Part shown: positions 1 to 9,524 of the stretch, piece by piece
Numbering within the stretch: position 1 is the first letter of the stretch
How the letters are laid out: each line of letters starts with the position of its first letter
Assembly: GCA_900315955.1 (NCBI GenBank)
Contig: ONBC01000021.1
Span: 6,715 to 70,714, forward strand
DNA from: an uncultured Prevotella sp.
GTDB lineage: Bacteria > Bacteroidota > Bacteroidia > Bacteroidales > Bacteroidaceae
Reading direction: 5' to 3'
DNA: 64,000 nucleotides
The notes under the pieces: generated by a model
The model's input: the letters and a program-made list of their open reading frames with translations, nothing else
Database searches by the model: none
What the model was told of the DNA's origin: nothing
Made by a program: the position numbers and the translations under genes

Positions 1-1
1 C

Positions 2-1441
2 GTCAGTCCTTACCTTCGATACAGCCGACAGTTGTCGAAGCATTTCGATTTGTCGGCGATGGGCGAATATACCTATGCAGAAAACAATTATCCTTACACG
101 CTTCGAAATATTATGGAGGTGATCCATCAGCGGCGTTCCAACTCCCGAATGAACAGTGGGCATGGGGAGGTGAACGTTGGCTGGAAGCCGTCACCGTTCA
201 GTTCCTGGCGCATGAAGACATACTATTATGACAATGACCGTCTGCTGCCCGGCATAGCAAAATATTATACCACGATCAGTGGAGAGACGCTTCGTGACCG
301 TAACTTCTTCACGCAACTCGTGGGTACGATGCGCAACCGACAAGGCGACTGGAGCCTGCGGGTTTCCGGACGGTTCAATTGGACGGCGAGCATCTATCAT
401 GACAAGCTCTACGCTGGGGGTGTGAACGATGCAAGCTATTGGCAGCGTGAGGCTTATGCTACGGCAACGTTGCTCTATGCACCCACCCGTTGTTTCTCAG
501 TAGATGTGGCTTCCGACTATGCTTTCAACAATCTCAACAGTAGTCTTGCTACGGACACTTATCCTTACCGGCATTCGCTCTGGCAATGTGCAACAGCTAA
601 ATATGCAGATGAGCGGCTGACGGTGCTTGCCCGTCTGCTTTATTCCGCTTTCTTCAATGGAGCGGAAAAGGGCGAACAAGCTCGGGACATGAATCGCCTG
701 TCTCCTTCGCTGTCTCTTAGTTACCGGTTGTTTCCCGGTAAGGACATCTATGTGCGCGCTTCCTACAAAAACATCTTCCGTGCACCGAACTTCAATGAAA
801 ACTATTATTTCCACTATGGGAGCGCAACGCTTAAAGCTGAGACGACCGACCAGTTTAATCTGGGTTTGACGATGGGCGGCCAGACAGGTTCGATGGGTGG
901 TCAGATCCTGATAGATGCCTATTACAACCATATCAAGGACATGATCGTCGCCGTGCCGTATAATATGTTCGTGTGGACATGTATCAATGTAGGGCGTGTG
1001 CGATCGCTTGGTGCCGAGCTGACGCTTAACGGTCACTATCACTTTTCGGACCAACAGTTGCTGACCGTGCAAGGCGCTTACAGTTATCAGCGTGTTACGG
1101 ACCGTACTTGTTCCTCTTCTGTCTATTATGGTTATCAGATAGCCTACATCCCGCTCCATAGCGGCTCTATGAGTGTGGGGTGGGAGAATCCGTGGGTAAG
1201 CATCAGCCTTAGTGGATCGGGCGTGAGCAGCCGGTGGCCGAACAACTCCCATTATTCGGGAACATGCGTGCCGGGTTATTGGCTTACCGGGCTGACACTG
1301 TGGCGGAAGATGCATCTCTTGGGATGTGAGTGGACCGTGCGGGGCGATCTGAAGAATATCTTTAATAAGCAATACAGTATCGTCTATCATTATCCCATGC
1401 CGGGAAGGAGCTGGATGGTAAGTGTAAAATGCGAATGGTAA
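2..1441 (+). CDS. TonB-dependent outer-membrane receptor, C-terminal part (5' end lies outside the window)
   Basis: The frame stays open back to nt 2, so the TTG at 32 is not the true start. Beta-barrel-like sequence ends ...GRSWMVSVKCEW with a terminal aromatic residue. Followed by lipoprotein and ABC import genes. Confidence 0.75.
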   Translation, partial: VSPYLRYSRQLSKHFDLSAMGEYTYAENNYPYTLRNIMEVIHQRRSNSRMNSGHGEVNVGWKPSPFSSWRMKTYYYDNDRLLPGIAKYYTTISGETLRDRNFFTQLVGTMRNRQGDWSLRVSGRFNWTASIYHDKLYAGGVNDASYWQREAYATATLLYAPTRCFSVDVASDYAFNNLNSSLATDTYPYRHSLWQCATAKYADERLTVLARLLYSAFFNGAEKGEQARDMNRLSPSLSLSYRLFPGKDIYVRASYKNIFRAPNFNENYYFHYGSATLKAETTDQFNLGLTMGGQTGSMGGQILIDAYYNHIKDMIVAVPYNMFVWTCINVGRVRSLGAELTLNGHYHFSDQQLLTVQGAYSYQRVTDRTCSSSVYYGYQIAYIPLHSGSMSVGWENPWVSISLSGSGVSSRWPNNSHYSGTCVPGYWLTGLTLWRKMHLLGCEWTVRGDLKNIFNKQYSIVYHYPMPGRSWMVSVKCEW

Positions 1442-1461
1442 TTCACAAACATTATAAATAT

Positions 1462-2598
1462 ATGAGAAAGAATCTTTTTAAGTGGAGTTTGATTTTCGCT
1501 GTGGCTTTGACATTCACAGCGTGTAAGGACGAGGTTGATCCTGTATGGGAGCCGACAGACACCGTTTGGTCGAGCGACGGCGCTTTTGTCGTGGGCAGTG
1601 GCAGCAACTACAGTGGTATTGACGGCGATCTTACCTATTTCGACTATGCCACAAGCAAAACCACGCTGAAGGCCTTCCAGGGTGCCAACGGCAAGAGTCT
1701 TGGTTCCAATCCTAACGCCGGTATCTGCTACGGGAGCAAAGTGTACCTGGCGGTGACAGAGGAGAATGTGATCGAGGTCTTGGACAAGAACACGTTCAAG
1801 GAGCTTGCTGAGATCAAGACTACCGATCAGCTCGGTGAGACGCAGGGCGTCAAGCCCCGTCAGCTTTTCGCCATGAACGGTAAGGTCTATTACACTACTT
1901 ATGGCGGTATCAATGGTTCTGTAGCTGAGATGGATACCACAAGCTACACGCTGACCCGCAGTTGGACGGTCGGTTCTTATCCGGAGGGAATCACAGGAAC
2001 CTCGGCTTCCGGTAACAAACTGTTTGTTGCCAATAGCGATTATGGAAAAGGAAATGGTACTCTTTCAATCATCAACTTGGATGCCACGAAGACTACTTCG
2101 GCTGTGAGCACTTTCTCGGCTACAGGCTTGAAGAATCCCATGCAAGTGTTTATTGCTAATGGCGATTATTATGTCGTAGACTTGGGGAGTTACACTTCTG
2201 ATTATAAACAGATTAATACGGGATTGAAGAAGATTACCGAGGCGAACGGCACCTATAAGGCTGACAGTGTAGCGCCTGCGACGATGGCGGCTTTGTATAA
2301 TGGTAGCACGTTCTGCACGGTGAGTGCTCCTTATGGTATGGGGGATGTCAGCTATAACCTATATGACGGCAAGAAGGTGACTCCACTCACCGGCGTGAGT
2401 GTGGACAGTCCGGCAGCGATGAATATTGATCCTAAGACAGGAAATATTTTTATCGCTTCCTATTCTCTCGTAGGCGGCTGGCCAAGTTATACGACAAACG
2501 GCTATGTGCGTGAGTTTAGCCTTGATGGTAAACCAGTGGCACAGTTCGACTGTGGTATAGCTCCGTCTTGCATCTTCTTTAAGACCAGTCTGAAGTGA
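1462..2598 (+). CDS. Surface lipoprotein, YncE/beta-propeller-like (possible BtuG-type ligand-capture protein)
   Basis: ATG at 1462 gives MRKNLFKWSLIFAVALTFTAC (lipobox Cys). Repetitive blade-like segments. Sits directly after the TonB receptor. Confidence 0.6.
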   Translation: MRKNLFKWSLIFAVALTFTACKDEVDPVWEPTDTVWSSDGAFVVGSGSNYSGIDGDLTYFDYATSKTTLKAFQGANGKSLGSNPNAGICYGSKVYLAVTEENVIEVLDKNTFKELAEIKTTDQLGETQGVKPRQLFAMNGKVYYTTYGGINGSVAEMDTTSYTLTRSWTVGSYPEGITGTSASGNKLFVANSDYGKGNGTLSIINLDATKTTSAVSTFSATGLKNPMQVFIANGDYYVVDLGSYTSDYKQINTGLKKITEANGTYKADSVAPATMAALYNGSTFCTVSAPYGMGDVSYNLYDGKKVTPLTGVSVDSPAAMNIDPKTGNIFIASYSLVGGWPSYTTNGYVREFSLDGKPVAQFDCGIAPSCIFFKTSLK

Positions 2599-3671
2599 GA
2601 TTAAGAAGATTATGGCTCTGGCTGGCTGTCCTTCCCTTGCTTCTTGCTTGTGGAAGGCGGACAGCAGCCTCTCATCAGGAAGCAACAGGGGAGTTTCGTT
2701 ATGCCCGGTTGCTTCATTACAACCGTACTGATGGCACTTTCTGTATTGCTGATCCCTGGCGGCAGGGTAAGATCCTGCAAACGGTGACAACTTCCAAACC
2801 TTTCAAGCGTGTAGTGGTCTTTACAACCGCTCATTGCCAGCTCATGGAGTATCTCGGCGTAGCGGATAAGATTGTGGGCGTGTGTGATGCACAGTATATT
2901 CTGATTTCTGATATTCAAAAGCGACTACGTTTGGCTGAAGGCGTGAAAGGAAAGATTGCGGACTGTGGCAGTTCGATGAGTCCAAACATTGAACGTATCA
3001 TCGCGCTCAAGCCCGATGCTATCATCCTCAGTCCTTATGAGGGACAGGACTTAGGGCGGATCGCGAAGTTAGGTATCCCCGTCATCCTCGCTGCCGACTA
3101 CATGGAGACATCTTCGCTCGGGCGGGCAGAGTGGATGCGTTATTTTGCGCGACTGTTTGATTGCGCGCAAATAGGCGATTCGCTGTTCAATGTTGTAGAC
3201 GCTAATTATCAGTCGCTTAAAGCCTATGCTGCAAAGTTGCCCAAAGGTAAGAGTGTGCTGACGGAGCGCAAGACGGGAGCGGTATGGTATACACCGGGAG
3301 GTGAAAGTACGATTGGAGTGACCATCCGTGATGCACATGGCGGCTATGCCTTTGCCAAGGACAAGCACAGTGGGAGCTTGCCGCTGAGTTTTGAGCAGAT
3401 CCTTGCCAAGGCCGGACAGAGCGATGTGTGGGCATTCAAGTTCAACGGCGCGCGCCCGATGTCGAAAAGCGACTTACTGCGTGAGTTTCAAGGATACAGT
3501 GGGTTGAAGGCTTTCCGTACCGGGAATATCTATGAATGCAACTGCTCTGTGAGACCTTACTTCGAGGAGGTGAGCTGGCGTCCCGATTATCTTCTGCGCG
3601 AGATGATCATCCTGCTGCATCCTCAAGCAAAGCTCGGAAAGCTGAGGTATTATCAGAAATTAGCACCATAG
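2595..3671 (+). CDS. ABC transporter periplasmic substrate-binding lipoprotein (BtuF/FecB class)
   Basis: GTG start overlaps the upstream stop (GTGA). Signal MRLRRLWLWLAVLPLLLAC. VVVFTTAHCQLMEYLGVADKIVGVCD is typical of the cluster A binding-protein fold. Confidence 0.75.
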   Translation: MRLRRLWLWLAVLPLLLACGRRTAASHQEATGEFRYARLLHYNRTDGTFCIADPWRQGKILQTVTTSKPFKRVVVFTTAHCQLMEYLGVADKIVGVCDAQYILISDIQKRLRLAEGVKGKIADCGSSMSPNIERIIALKPDAIILSPYEGQDLGRIAKLGIPVILAADYMETSSLGRAEWMRYFARLFDCAQIGDSLFNVVDANYQSLKAYAAKLPKGKSVLTERKTGAVWYTPGGESTIGVTIRDAHGGYAFAKDKHSGSLPLSFEQILAKAGQSDVWAFKFNGARPMSKSDLLREFQGYSGLKAFRTGNIYECNCSVRPYFEEVSWRPDYLLREMIILLHPQAKLGKLRYYQKLAP

Positions 3672-3702
3672 ATAGCGTGAGGTCGTAACAAAAACGGAAA
3701 AT

Positions 3703-4686
3703 ATGTTGAAACGCATTTTCTTGGTTGTTGCTTGTGCCGCTCTTTTCCTTCTGTCGCTTTTCCATGGCAGCGTGGCTATTCCCATGGACGAGGTTGTCAA
3801 GACGTTGTTGGGAAAAGGTGATGACATCAGCAATACGATCATTCTCTCGAGCCGTTTGCCGCAAGCCCTTACGGCATGGCTTGCCGGGGGAGCTTTGGCT
3901 GTAAGTGGTCTGTTGCTTCAGACGGCTTTTCGCAATCCGCTCGCGGCGCCCGATATCTTTGGCGTGACGGGTGGGGCGTCGCTTGCCGTGGCTCTCCTTA
4001 CGCTGGCGCCTGGATTGATTGTTGAAGGAATGTTAGGTTGGTTGTCGTCAGTGGTTGCTGCCTTTGTAGGTGCTATGGTTGTGACGTTGGTTATCTGGTT
4101 TTTCAGTCGGAAGGTTCGCAGTTCGGTGATGCTCATCATTATCGGTATGATGGTGGGCTATCTCTGTTCAAGTATCATCACATTGCTCAACTCCTTGGCT
4201 ACAGAGGAAGGTGTGCACAGTTTCGTTGTCTGGGGCATGGGCGATTTCACGAATGTGGGTCTGGATGGTATGCCACTCTTTGCTACGCTGACAATCCTTG
4301 CTACGCTCTCTACATTTTTGCTGATTAAACCCCTCAACGCTTTACTTTTGGGTCCACAGTATGCGAAGAGCATGGGCATCAACGTGCGGCGCATTCGTAA
4401 TATTCTGCTTTTGACTACCGGACTCCTTACTGCCGTTGTAACAGCATTCTGTGGGCCGGTTGCATTCTTGGCGCTGGCTGTGCCACATATAGCCCGGCTC
4501 TATACGTCCACTACCGACCACCGCGTATTGCTCCCCATGACGATCCTCATGGGCTCAACCATCGCCTTACTGTGTAATGTCATCATCACATTGCCTGCTG
4601 ACGGCACGATCCTTCCGCTCAATGCCGTGACACCGCTCATCGGTGTGCCTGTCATCGTATATGTACTTCTAAGAAAAGCCCACTGA
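3703..4686 (+). CDS. FecCD/BtuC-family ABC transporter permease
   Basis: 327 aa polytopic membrane protein with the conserved GPVAFLALAVPHIARL segment. Adjacent to the binding protein. Confidence 0.85.
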   Translation: MLKRIFLVVACAALFLLSLFHGSVAIPMDEVVKTLLGKGDDISNTIILSSRLPQALTAWLAGGALAVSGLLLQTAFRNPLAAPDIFGVTGGASLAVALLTLAPGLIVEGMLGWLSSVVAAFVGAMVVTLVIWFFSRKVRSSVMLIIIGMMVGYLCSSIITLLNSLATEEGVHSFVVWGMGDFTNVGLDGMPLFATLTILATLSTFLLIKPLNALLLGPQYAKSMGINVRRIRNILLLTTGLLTAVVTAFCGPVAFLALAVPHIARLYTSTTDHRVLLPMTILMGSTIALLCNVIITLPADGTILPLNAVTPLIGVPVIVYVLLRKAH

Positions 4687-4742
4687 CCCCGCAGTCTTTA
4701 GTCCCTATTATTCCTCTTCTTTTTTCCTACGGTAGTAATCAA

Positions 4743-4763
4743 CCCTCCCCCCTTGGGGGAGGG
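4743..4763. terminator. G/C hairpin between convergent genes (weak terminator candidate)
   Basis: ccctccccc / gggggaggg 9-bp stem with a 3-nt loop, between the permease stop and the lutB stop. No clear U-tract on either strand. Confidence 0.3.
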
Positions 4764-4791
4764 ATTAAGGGAGAGGGCGCATGGCTTAATA

Positions 4792-6156
4792 TTAATGCTC
4801 CTTCCACCACTCATGGAAGCTCTTCTTGGCAAACACCGGTTTCTTGTGGCCGATACCCCAAGGGTTGAGGTTTGAATAATGGGTCAAGGCATCGGGCACA
4901 TAGTTGGCGAGCGGGGCGAACCATAGCGCCGTCTTGTAGAGGTCGGGATGATCGAAGAGCATGCTCATCCCTTCAGACATCACCTTCTTAAGTTTGTCGG
5001 CCTTGCCTAACTTGTCAAGGCGTTGGCGCCACTGATAGATCTGCGAGCCGGGAGCGACTTCTGCCGGGCACACATTGTCACAGCTCATGCAGAGCGAGCA
5101 TGCCGACACATTGTCGGAATATTGGCGTGGGTCCTTGAGCATACCGAGGTCTACACCAATCGGACCGGGGATGAAATAGGTGTAGCTGGCACCAGTAGAA
5201 CGGCGGTAGACGGGACAAGTGTTCATGCAGGCACCACAGCGAATACATTTCAGAGTCTGCCAGTGCTCAGGGTCGGCGACAGCATCGCTGCGCCAGTTGT
5301 CAAGCAGCACCACGTGCATCTCTCCCCCCGGGCGGGCCTGCCGGAAATGAGAGGTGAAGCCGGTCGTTGGCTGGCCTGTGCCACAGCGGCAGAGCAGCCG
5401 TTGGAAGATGGCGAGCGAGTCGTAGTCGGGGACGAGCTTCTCTATACCCATGGTCACGATGTGGAGCTTCGGCATGGAGGTCGTCATATCCGCATTGCCC
5501 TCATTGGTGCAGACCACGATGTCGCCGGTCTTCGCCACGCCGAAGTTGCAGCCGGTGAGTCCTGCCTGTGCTTCTTCAAATTCATGGCGCAGGCTCTTAC
5601 GGGCACAGTAGGTGAGGTAGGTCGGGTCGCAGTTGCCTTTCTCGGGACTGATTCCCTCTTTTTCAAAACATTCGGCTACCTCTTCCTTTGTGATGTGGAT
5701 GGCAGGCATGACGATGTGTGCCGGCTTGCGGTGCATGAGTTGCAAGATACGCTCGCCGAGGTCGGTCTCTACTACATCGATGCCACGGCTGATGAGGTAT
5801 GGGTTGAGTCCGCACTCCTCTGTGAGCATCGATTTCGACTTCACCATCTTAGTCACCTGGTGGCTCTGGAGGATGTCATAGACGGTGGCATTGAGCTCGT
5901 CGGCATCCTTGGCCCAGTGGACGATAACCCCACGGCTCTCCAACTGTGTGGAGAACTGTTCGAGGTAGTCGGCGAGATGCGTGATGGTGTGCATCTTGAT
6001 CTGTGAGGCATGGTCGCGCAGCGACTCCCATTCGGGCAGTCCGTGCATCATGCGGTCGTGCCCTTCACGCACGCCCCAGAAGGTCTTGTCGTGACGGGTT
6101 ATCTTATCGTGGTTCTTGAGAATCTCCTTTGCTCTTCTCGAATGTTCTGTACTCAT
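4792..6156 (-). CDS. lutB: Lactate utilization protein B-like iron-sulfur protein (LUD domain plus 2x4Fe-4S)
   Basis: CIRCGACMNTCPVY and CSLCMSCDNVCP ferredoxin motifs. ATGA overlap with upstream lutA. Confidence 0.8.
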   Translation of the reverse strand: MSTEHSRRAKEILKNHDKITRHDKTFWGVREGHDRMMHGLPEWESLRDHASQIKMHTITHLADYLEQFSTQLESRGVIVHWAKDADELNATVYDILQSHQVTKMVKSKSMLTEECGLNPYLISRGIDVVETDLGERILQLMHRKPAHIVMPAIHITKEEVAECFEKEGISPEKGNCDPTYLTYCARKSLRHEFEEAQAGLTGCNFGVAKTGDIVVCTNEGNADMTTSMPKLHIVTMGIEKLVPDYDSLAIFQRLLCRCGTGQPTTGFTSHFRQARPGGEMHVVLLDNWRSDAVADPEHWQTLKCIRCGACMNTCPVYRRSTGASYTYFIPGPIGVDLGMLKDPRQYSDNVSACSLCMSCDNVCPAEVAPGSQIYQWRQRLDKLGKADKLKKVMSEGMSMLFDHPDLYKTALWFAPLANYVPDALTHYSNLNPWGIGHKKPVFAKKSFHEWWKEH

Positions 6157-6893
6157 AATCCTGCTGCTAAAATCTGCGCTACGTGAATAAACTTGATGTT
6201 TTTGTGCTCCTTTCGTGCTATACCTTCCATGTGCATGAGGCAGGAGGAGTCGGGACCGGTGATATACTCTGCGCCCGTAGCCATATGGCGCATGATCTTG
6301 TCCTCACCCATACGGATAGAGACGGCAGGCTCTTCCACAGAGAACATGCCGCCGAAGCCGCAGCACTCGTCCTTGCGTTCGGGCTCGTGGATAGTGATGC
6401 CGTCCTTGAGTTTCAACAGATCGATGATCTTGTTGTAAGGCTCAATGTTTCGCTCCGAAGGGGCCGACAGACCGAGCTCGCGCACGCCGTGACAACTGTT
6501 ATGAACACTCACAGCATGGGGGAAAGATCCTGGCAACTCTTTTATTTTCAATACGTCATGCAGAAACTCAACAATGTCCATCGTTCGTCCGGGAACGGTG
6601 CAGGGATGGTTGTCGCCTTGGAGCAAGTGCGGATAATAGCACCGCACGTAGGCGGCGCAGGAGGCAGACGGTGCTACGACATAATCGAAGCCTTGGAACA
6701 TCTGCTCGAACTTGTCGGCTAAGGGCTTGGCCATATGTTCGAAACCGGCATTACCCATCGGCTGTCCACAGCAAGTCTGCTTTTCGGGATAGACGACGTC
6801 GATGCCGAAGTGTTTGAGGAGTTTATAGGTAGCCACGCCGACTTCCGGATAAAGGGCGTCAACGTAACATGGGATAAATAGTCCTACCTTCAT
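6153..6893 (-). CDS. lutA: (Fe-S) oxidoreductase with CCG domains, LutA-like
   Basis: MKVGLFIPCYVDALYPEVG N-terminus. QTCCGQP and ECCGFGG cysteine-rich CCG motifs. Confidence 0.8.
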   Translation of the reverse strand: MKVGLFIPCYVDALYPEVGVATYKLLKHFGIDVVYPEKQTCCGQPMGNAGFEHMAKPLADKFEQMFQGFDYVVAPSASCAAYVRCYYPHLLQGDNHPCTVPGRTMDIVEFLHDVLKIKELPGSFPHAVSVHNSCHGVRELGLSAPSERNIEPYNKIIDLLKLKDGITIHEPERKDECCGFGGMFSVEEPAVSIRMGEDKIMRHMATGAEYITGPDSSCLMHMEGIARKEHKNIKFIHVAQILAAGL

Positions 6894-6944
6894 AATATCT
6901 TTGTGCTAATAACGATAAATGTATCTGTAATTTCTTTCTTTCAA

Positions 6945-6952
6945 CAAAGTTA
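6945..6952 (-). promoter_or_regulatory. Bacteroidetes -7 promoter box (TAACTTTG on minus strand) for lutAB
   Basis: The reverse complement of CAAAGTTA matches TAnnTTTG, about 50 nt upstream of the lutA ATG. Confidence 0.5.
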
Positions 6953-7034
6953 CGAAAAAGCCTTGGTTCTTTGTAATTTTTCCGCATCTTTTTCTCATTT
7001 TTCTTGTTTTGTGCAGTTTTACCCAGTTTTTTGC

Positions 7035-7042
7035 TACCTTTG
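7035..7042 (+). promoter_or_regulatory. Bacteroidetes -7 promoter box TACCTTTG for topB
   Basis: Exact TAnnTTTG match 19 nt upstream of the ATG at 7061. Confidence 0.55.
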
Positions 7043-7060
7043 CACGAAAGAGAAGCGCTT

Positions 7061-9082
7061 ATGATTGTTTGTATAGCAGAGAAACCGAGCGTGGCACGCG
7101 ACATTGCCCGCATCCTTGGAGCTACGGCTTCACGCGACGGTTATATGGAGGGCAACGGCTATCAGGTGACATGGACTTTCGGTCACTTGTGTGAACTGAA
7201 GGAACCCAACGACTATGAACAGAACTGGCGTTACTGGACGTTAGCAGCCTTGCCTATGATCCCTCACCGGTTTGGTCTGAAACTTATCCCGGACAGGGGA
7301 ATAGAAAAGCAGTTTCAGACCATCTCGCAGCTCTATGCCAATGCCGACGAGATCATCAACTGTGGTGATGCCGGGCAAGAGGGTGAACTTATCCAGCGTT
7401 GGGTGATGCAGATGGCGAAGGTCAAGTGCCCCGTGAAGCGGTTGTGGATCTCTTCCATGACCGATGAGGCTATCAAGGAAGGCTTCGCCAATCTCAAGGA
7501 AGAGAAACAATATAACCGACTCTATCTGGCAGGATTGAGCCGTGCCATCGGCGACTGGCTCTTGGGCATGAACTGTACGCGCCTCTATACATTAATGTAC
7601 GGCCAGAACCATCAGGTGCTGTCTATCGGCCGTGTGCAGACCCCGACGCTGGCACTGATCGTGAATCGGCAGAAAGAGATAGACAACTTCAAGCCGGAGC
7701 CTTACTGGGTGTTGTCCACGATATACCGCGATACACTTTTCACGGCTACATCGGGAAAGTTTACCTCTGAGGAGGAAGGTAAGAAAGCCTTCGCGCTCAT
7801 TGACGGCAAGCCGTTTGTCATCACTTCTGTTCAGAAGAAACAAGGCAAAGAACCGCCCAAGCAACTCTACGACCTCACTTCCCTTCAGGTAGACTTGAAC
7901 CGCAAGTATGGATTCTCTGCGGAGATGTCGCTCAACCTCATTCAAGGGCTCTACGAGAAGAAGCTGACCACTTATCCGCGTGTCGATACGCAATATCTCT
8001 CTGATGATATCTATCCTAAATGCCCAAGCATCCTCAATGGCGTGAGCCAATATATGGAGGCGGGGCGTAAGCCTTATCTCGATATTATTAAGACTTTGGC
8101 AGGGTTCAGTAAGAAGCTGCCGAAGTCAAAACGAGTCTTTGACACTTCGAAAGTGACAGATCACCATGCTATTATCCCCACCGGTCAGGTGCCCAACGGA
8201 CTGACCGATGTAGAGAAGAAAGTGTATGACCTGATAGCCCGTCGCTTCATTGCCGTGTTCTATCCCGATTGTAAGTTTGCCACTACCTCGGTGGCGGGAA
8301 AAGTGGATAAGATAGAATTTAAGACGTCGGGTAAAGAGATTCTCGACCCCGGATGGCGTGCGGTCTACACCAAGGAAGAACAGCGTCAGGACGACGGCAA
8401 GAATGCTGCCGACGATAAGCTCCTGCCTACGTTTGTCAAAGGAGAGTCGGGGCCCCATAAGCCTACGCTTACGAAGAAGATGACGGTCCCGCCGAAGCAT
8501 TATACCGAAGCCTCTCTCTTGAGAGCCATGGAGACTGCCGGCAAACTGGTGGACGATGAGGAACTGTCGGCTGCTATGAAAGAGAATGGTATCGGGCGTC
8601 CGTCTTCGCGCGCTGGGATCATAGAGACTCTCTTCAAGCGACATTATATTCGCCGTGAACGCAAGAACTTAGTCGCTACACCTACGGGGATTCAACTCAT
8701 CGATACCATTCATGAGAAACTCCTCACGAGTGTTGAACTGACGGGTATCTGGGAGAAGAAACTGCGCGAGATAGAGCAGAATAAGTATGATGCCGCCACG
8801 TTTATCAATGAGTTGAAAGAGCAGGTGACACGTATCGTCAGCGATGTATTGCATGACAACTCGGGACAACTCATTGTGGATAGTGAAGAGAAAGATACAA
8901 AAAGTGAAGAGAAAAAAGGAAAGAGTGATAAGAAAGCGGGGCTGGCTAAGAAGGGTAAACTCAAAGTGAAAGAAGGCGATGTGTGTCCCAAGTGTGGCAA
9001 AGGCCGAATTCTCAAGGGCAAGACTGCTTATGGCTGCTCGCGATGGAAGGAAGGCTGCGACTTCAGAGCTCCGTTGAAATAA
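7061..9082 (+). CDS. topB: DNA topoisomerase III
   Basis: TOPRIM start MIVCIAEKPSVARDIA at the ATG at 7061, which sits downstream of the promoter box. Type IA core. C-terminal zinc ribbon CPKCGKGRILKGKTAYGCSRWKEGCDF. Confidence 0.85.
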   Translation: MIVCIAEKPSVARDIARILGATASRDGYMEGNGYQVTWTFGHLCELKEPNDYEQNWRYWTLAALPMIPHRFGLKLIPDRGIEKQFQTISQLYANADEIINCGDAGQEGELIQRWVMQMAKVKCPVKRLWISSMTDEAIKEGFANLKEEKQYNRLYLAGLSRAIGDWLLGMNCTRLYTLMYGQNHQVLSIGRVQTPTLALIVNRQKEIDNFKPEPYWVLSTIYRDTLFTATSGKFTSEEEGKKAFALIDGKPFVITSVQKKQGKEPPKQLYDLTSLQVDLNRKYGFSAEMSLNLIQGLYEKKLTTYPRVDTQYLSDDIYPKCPSILNGVSQYMEAGRKPYLDIIKTLAGFSKKLPKSKRVFDTSKVTDHHAIIPTGQVPNGLTDVEKKVYDLIARRFIAVFYPDCKFATTSVAGKVDKIEFKTSGKEILDPGWRAVYTKEEQRQDDGKNAADDKLLPTFVKGESGPHKPTLTKKMTVPPKHYTEASLLRAMETAGKLVDDEELSAAMKENGIGRPSSRAGIIETLFKRHYIRRERKNLVATPTGIQLIDTIHEKLLTSVELTGIWEKKLREIEQNKYDAATFINELKEQVTRIVSDVLHDNSGQLIVDSEEKDTKSEEKKGKSDKKAGLAKKGKLKVKEGDVCPKCGKGRILKGKTAYGCSRWKEGCDFRAPLK

Positions 9083-9102
9083 TATGAATTATTAAAACGA
9101 CA

Positions 9103-9501
9103 TTGATAAAAATAACAATGTATCTTTTCCGGGATTTTTTAATTGTCGGTTGTGGCAGTTTCTTTGGCGGAGGCTTTCGGTTCTTAGTATCGAAGGCTGC
9201 GGCAGCGATGGTCGCGACTTCGTTTCCTTTGGGTACGTTCATCGTAAATCTTTTGGGATGCTTCTTGATAGGCTTCTTTTCAGGCCTTCCTTTTCCTAAC
9301 TTTGGCTTATCTCCGCAGACTAGGTTGTTGTTAACCACGGGATTCTGTGGAGGGTTCACGACGTTCTCCACGTTCATGAATGAGAATCTCTCGCTGCTTA
9401 GTGTGGGCAATAACCTCTATTTCTTCCTTTATCTTGTAGGGAGTTTCGCCTTGGGCTTGCTCTTCGTGTGGGGTGGCATGGCTGCAGCCCAATGGGTATA
9501 A
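9103..9501 (+). CDS. crcB: Fluoride ion channel CrcB (alternative start at 9118)
   Basis: About 130 aa with 4 TM segments and the TTGFCGGFTTFSTF signature. Confidence 0.85.
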   Translation: MIKITMYLFRDFLIVGCGSFFGGGFRFLVSKAAAAMVATSFPLGTFIVNLLGCFLIGFFSGLPFPNFGLSPQTRLLLTTGFCGGFTTFSTFMNENLSLLSVGNNLYFFLYLVGSFALGLLFVWGGMAAAQWV

Positions 9502-9502
9502 T

Positions 9503-9519
9503 GCAGGGCGCGGCCCTGC
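9503..9519. terminator. Short GC hairpin between convergent crcB and HU genes
   Basis: gcagggc-gcg-gccctgc, a 7-bp stem in the 23-bp gap between the stops. No U-tract. Confidence 0.3.
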
Positions 9520-9524
9520 AATCG

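Noticed and set aside
9083-9117. A fluoride riboswitch upstream of crcB.
   Set aside because: Only 20-35 nt separate the topB stop from the crcB start, which is too short for the roughly 50-60 nt crcB motif. crcB appears co-transcribed with topB.
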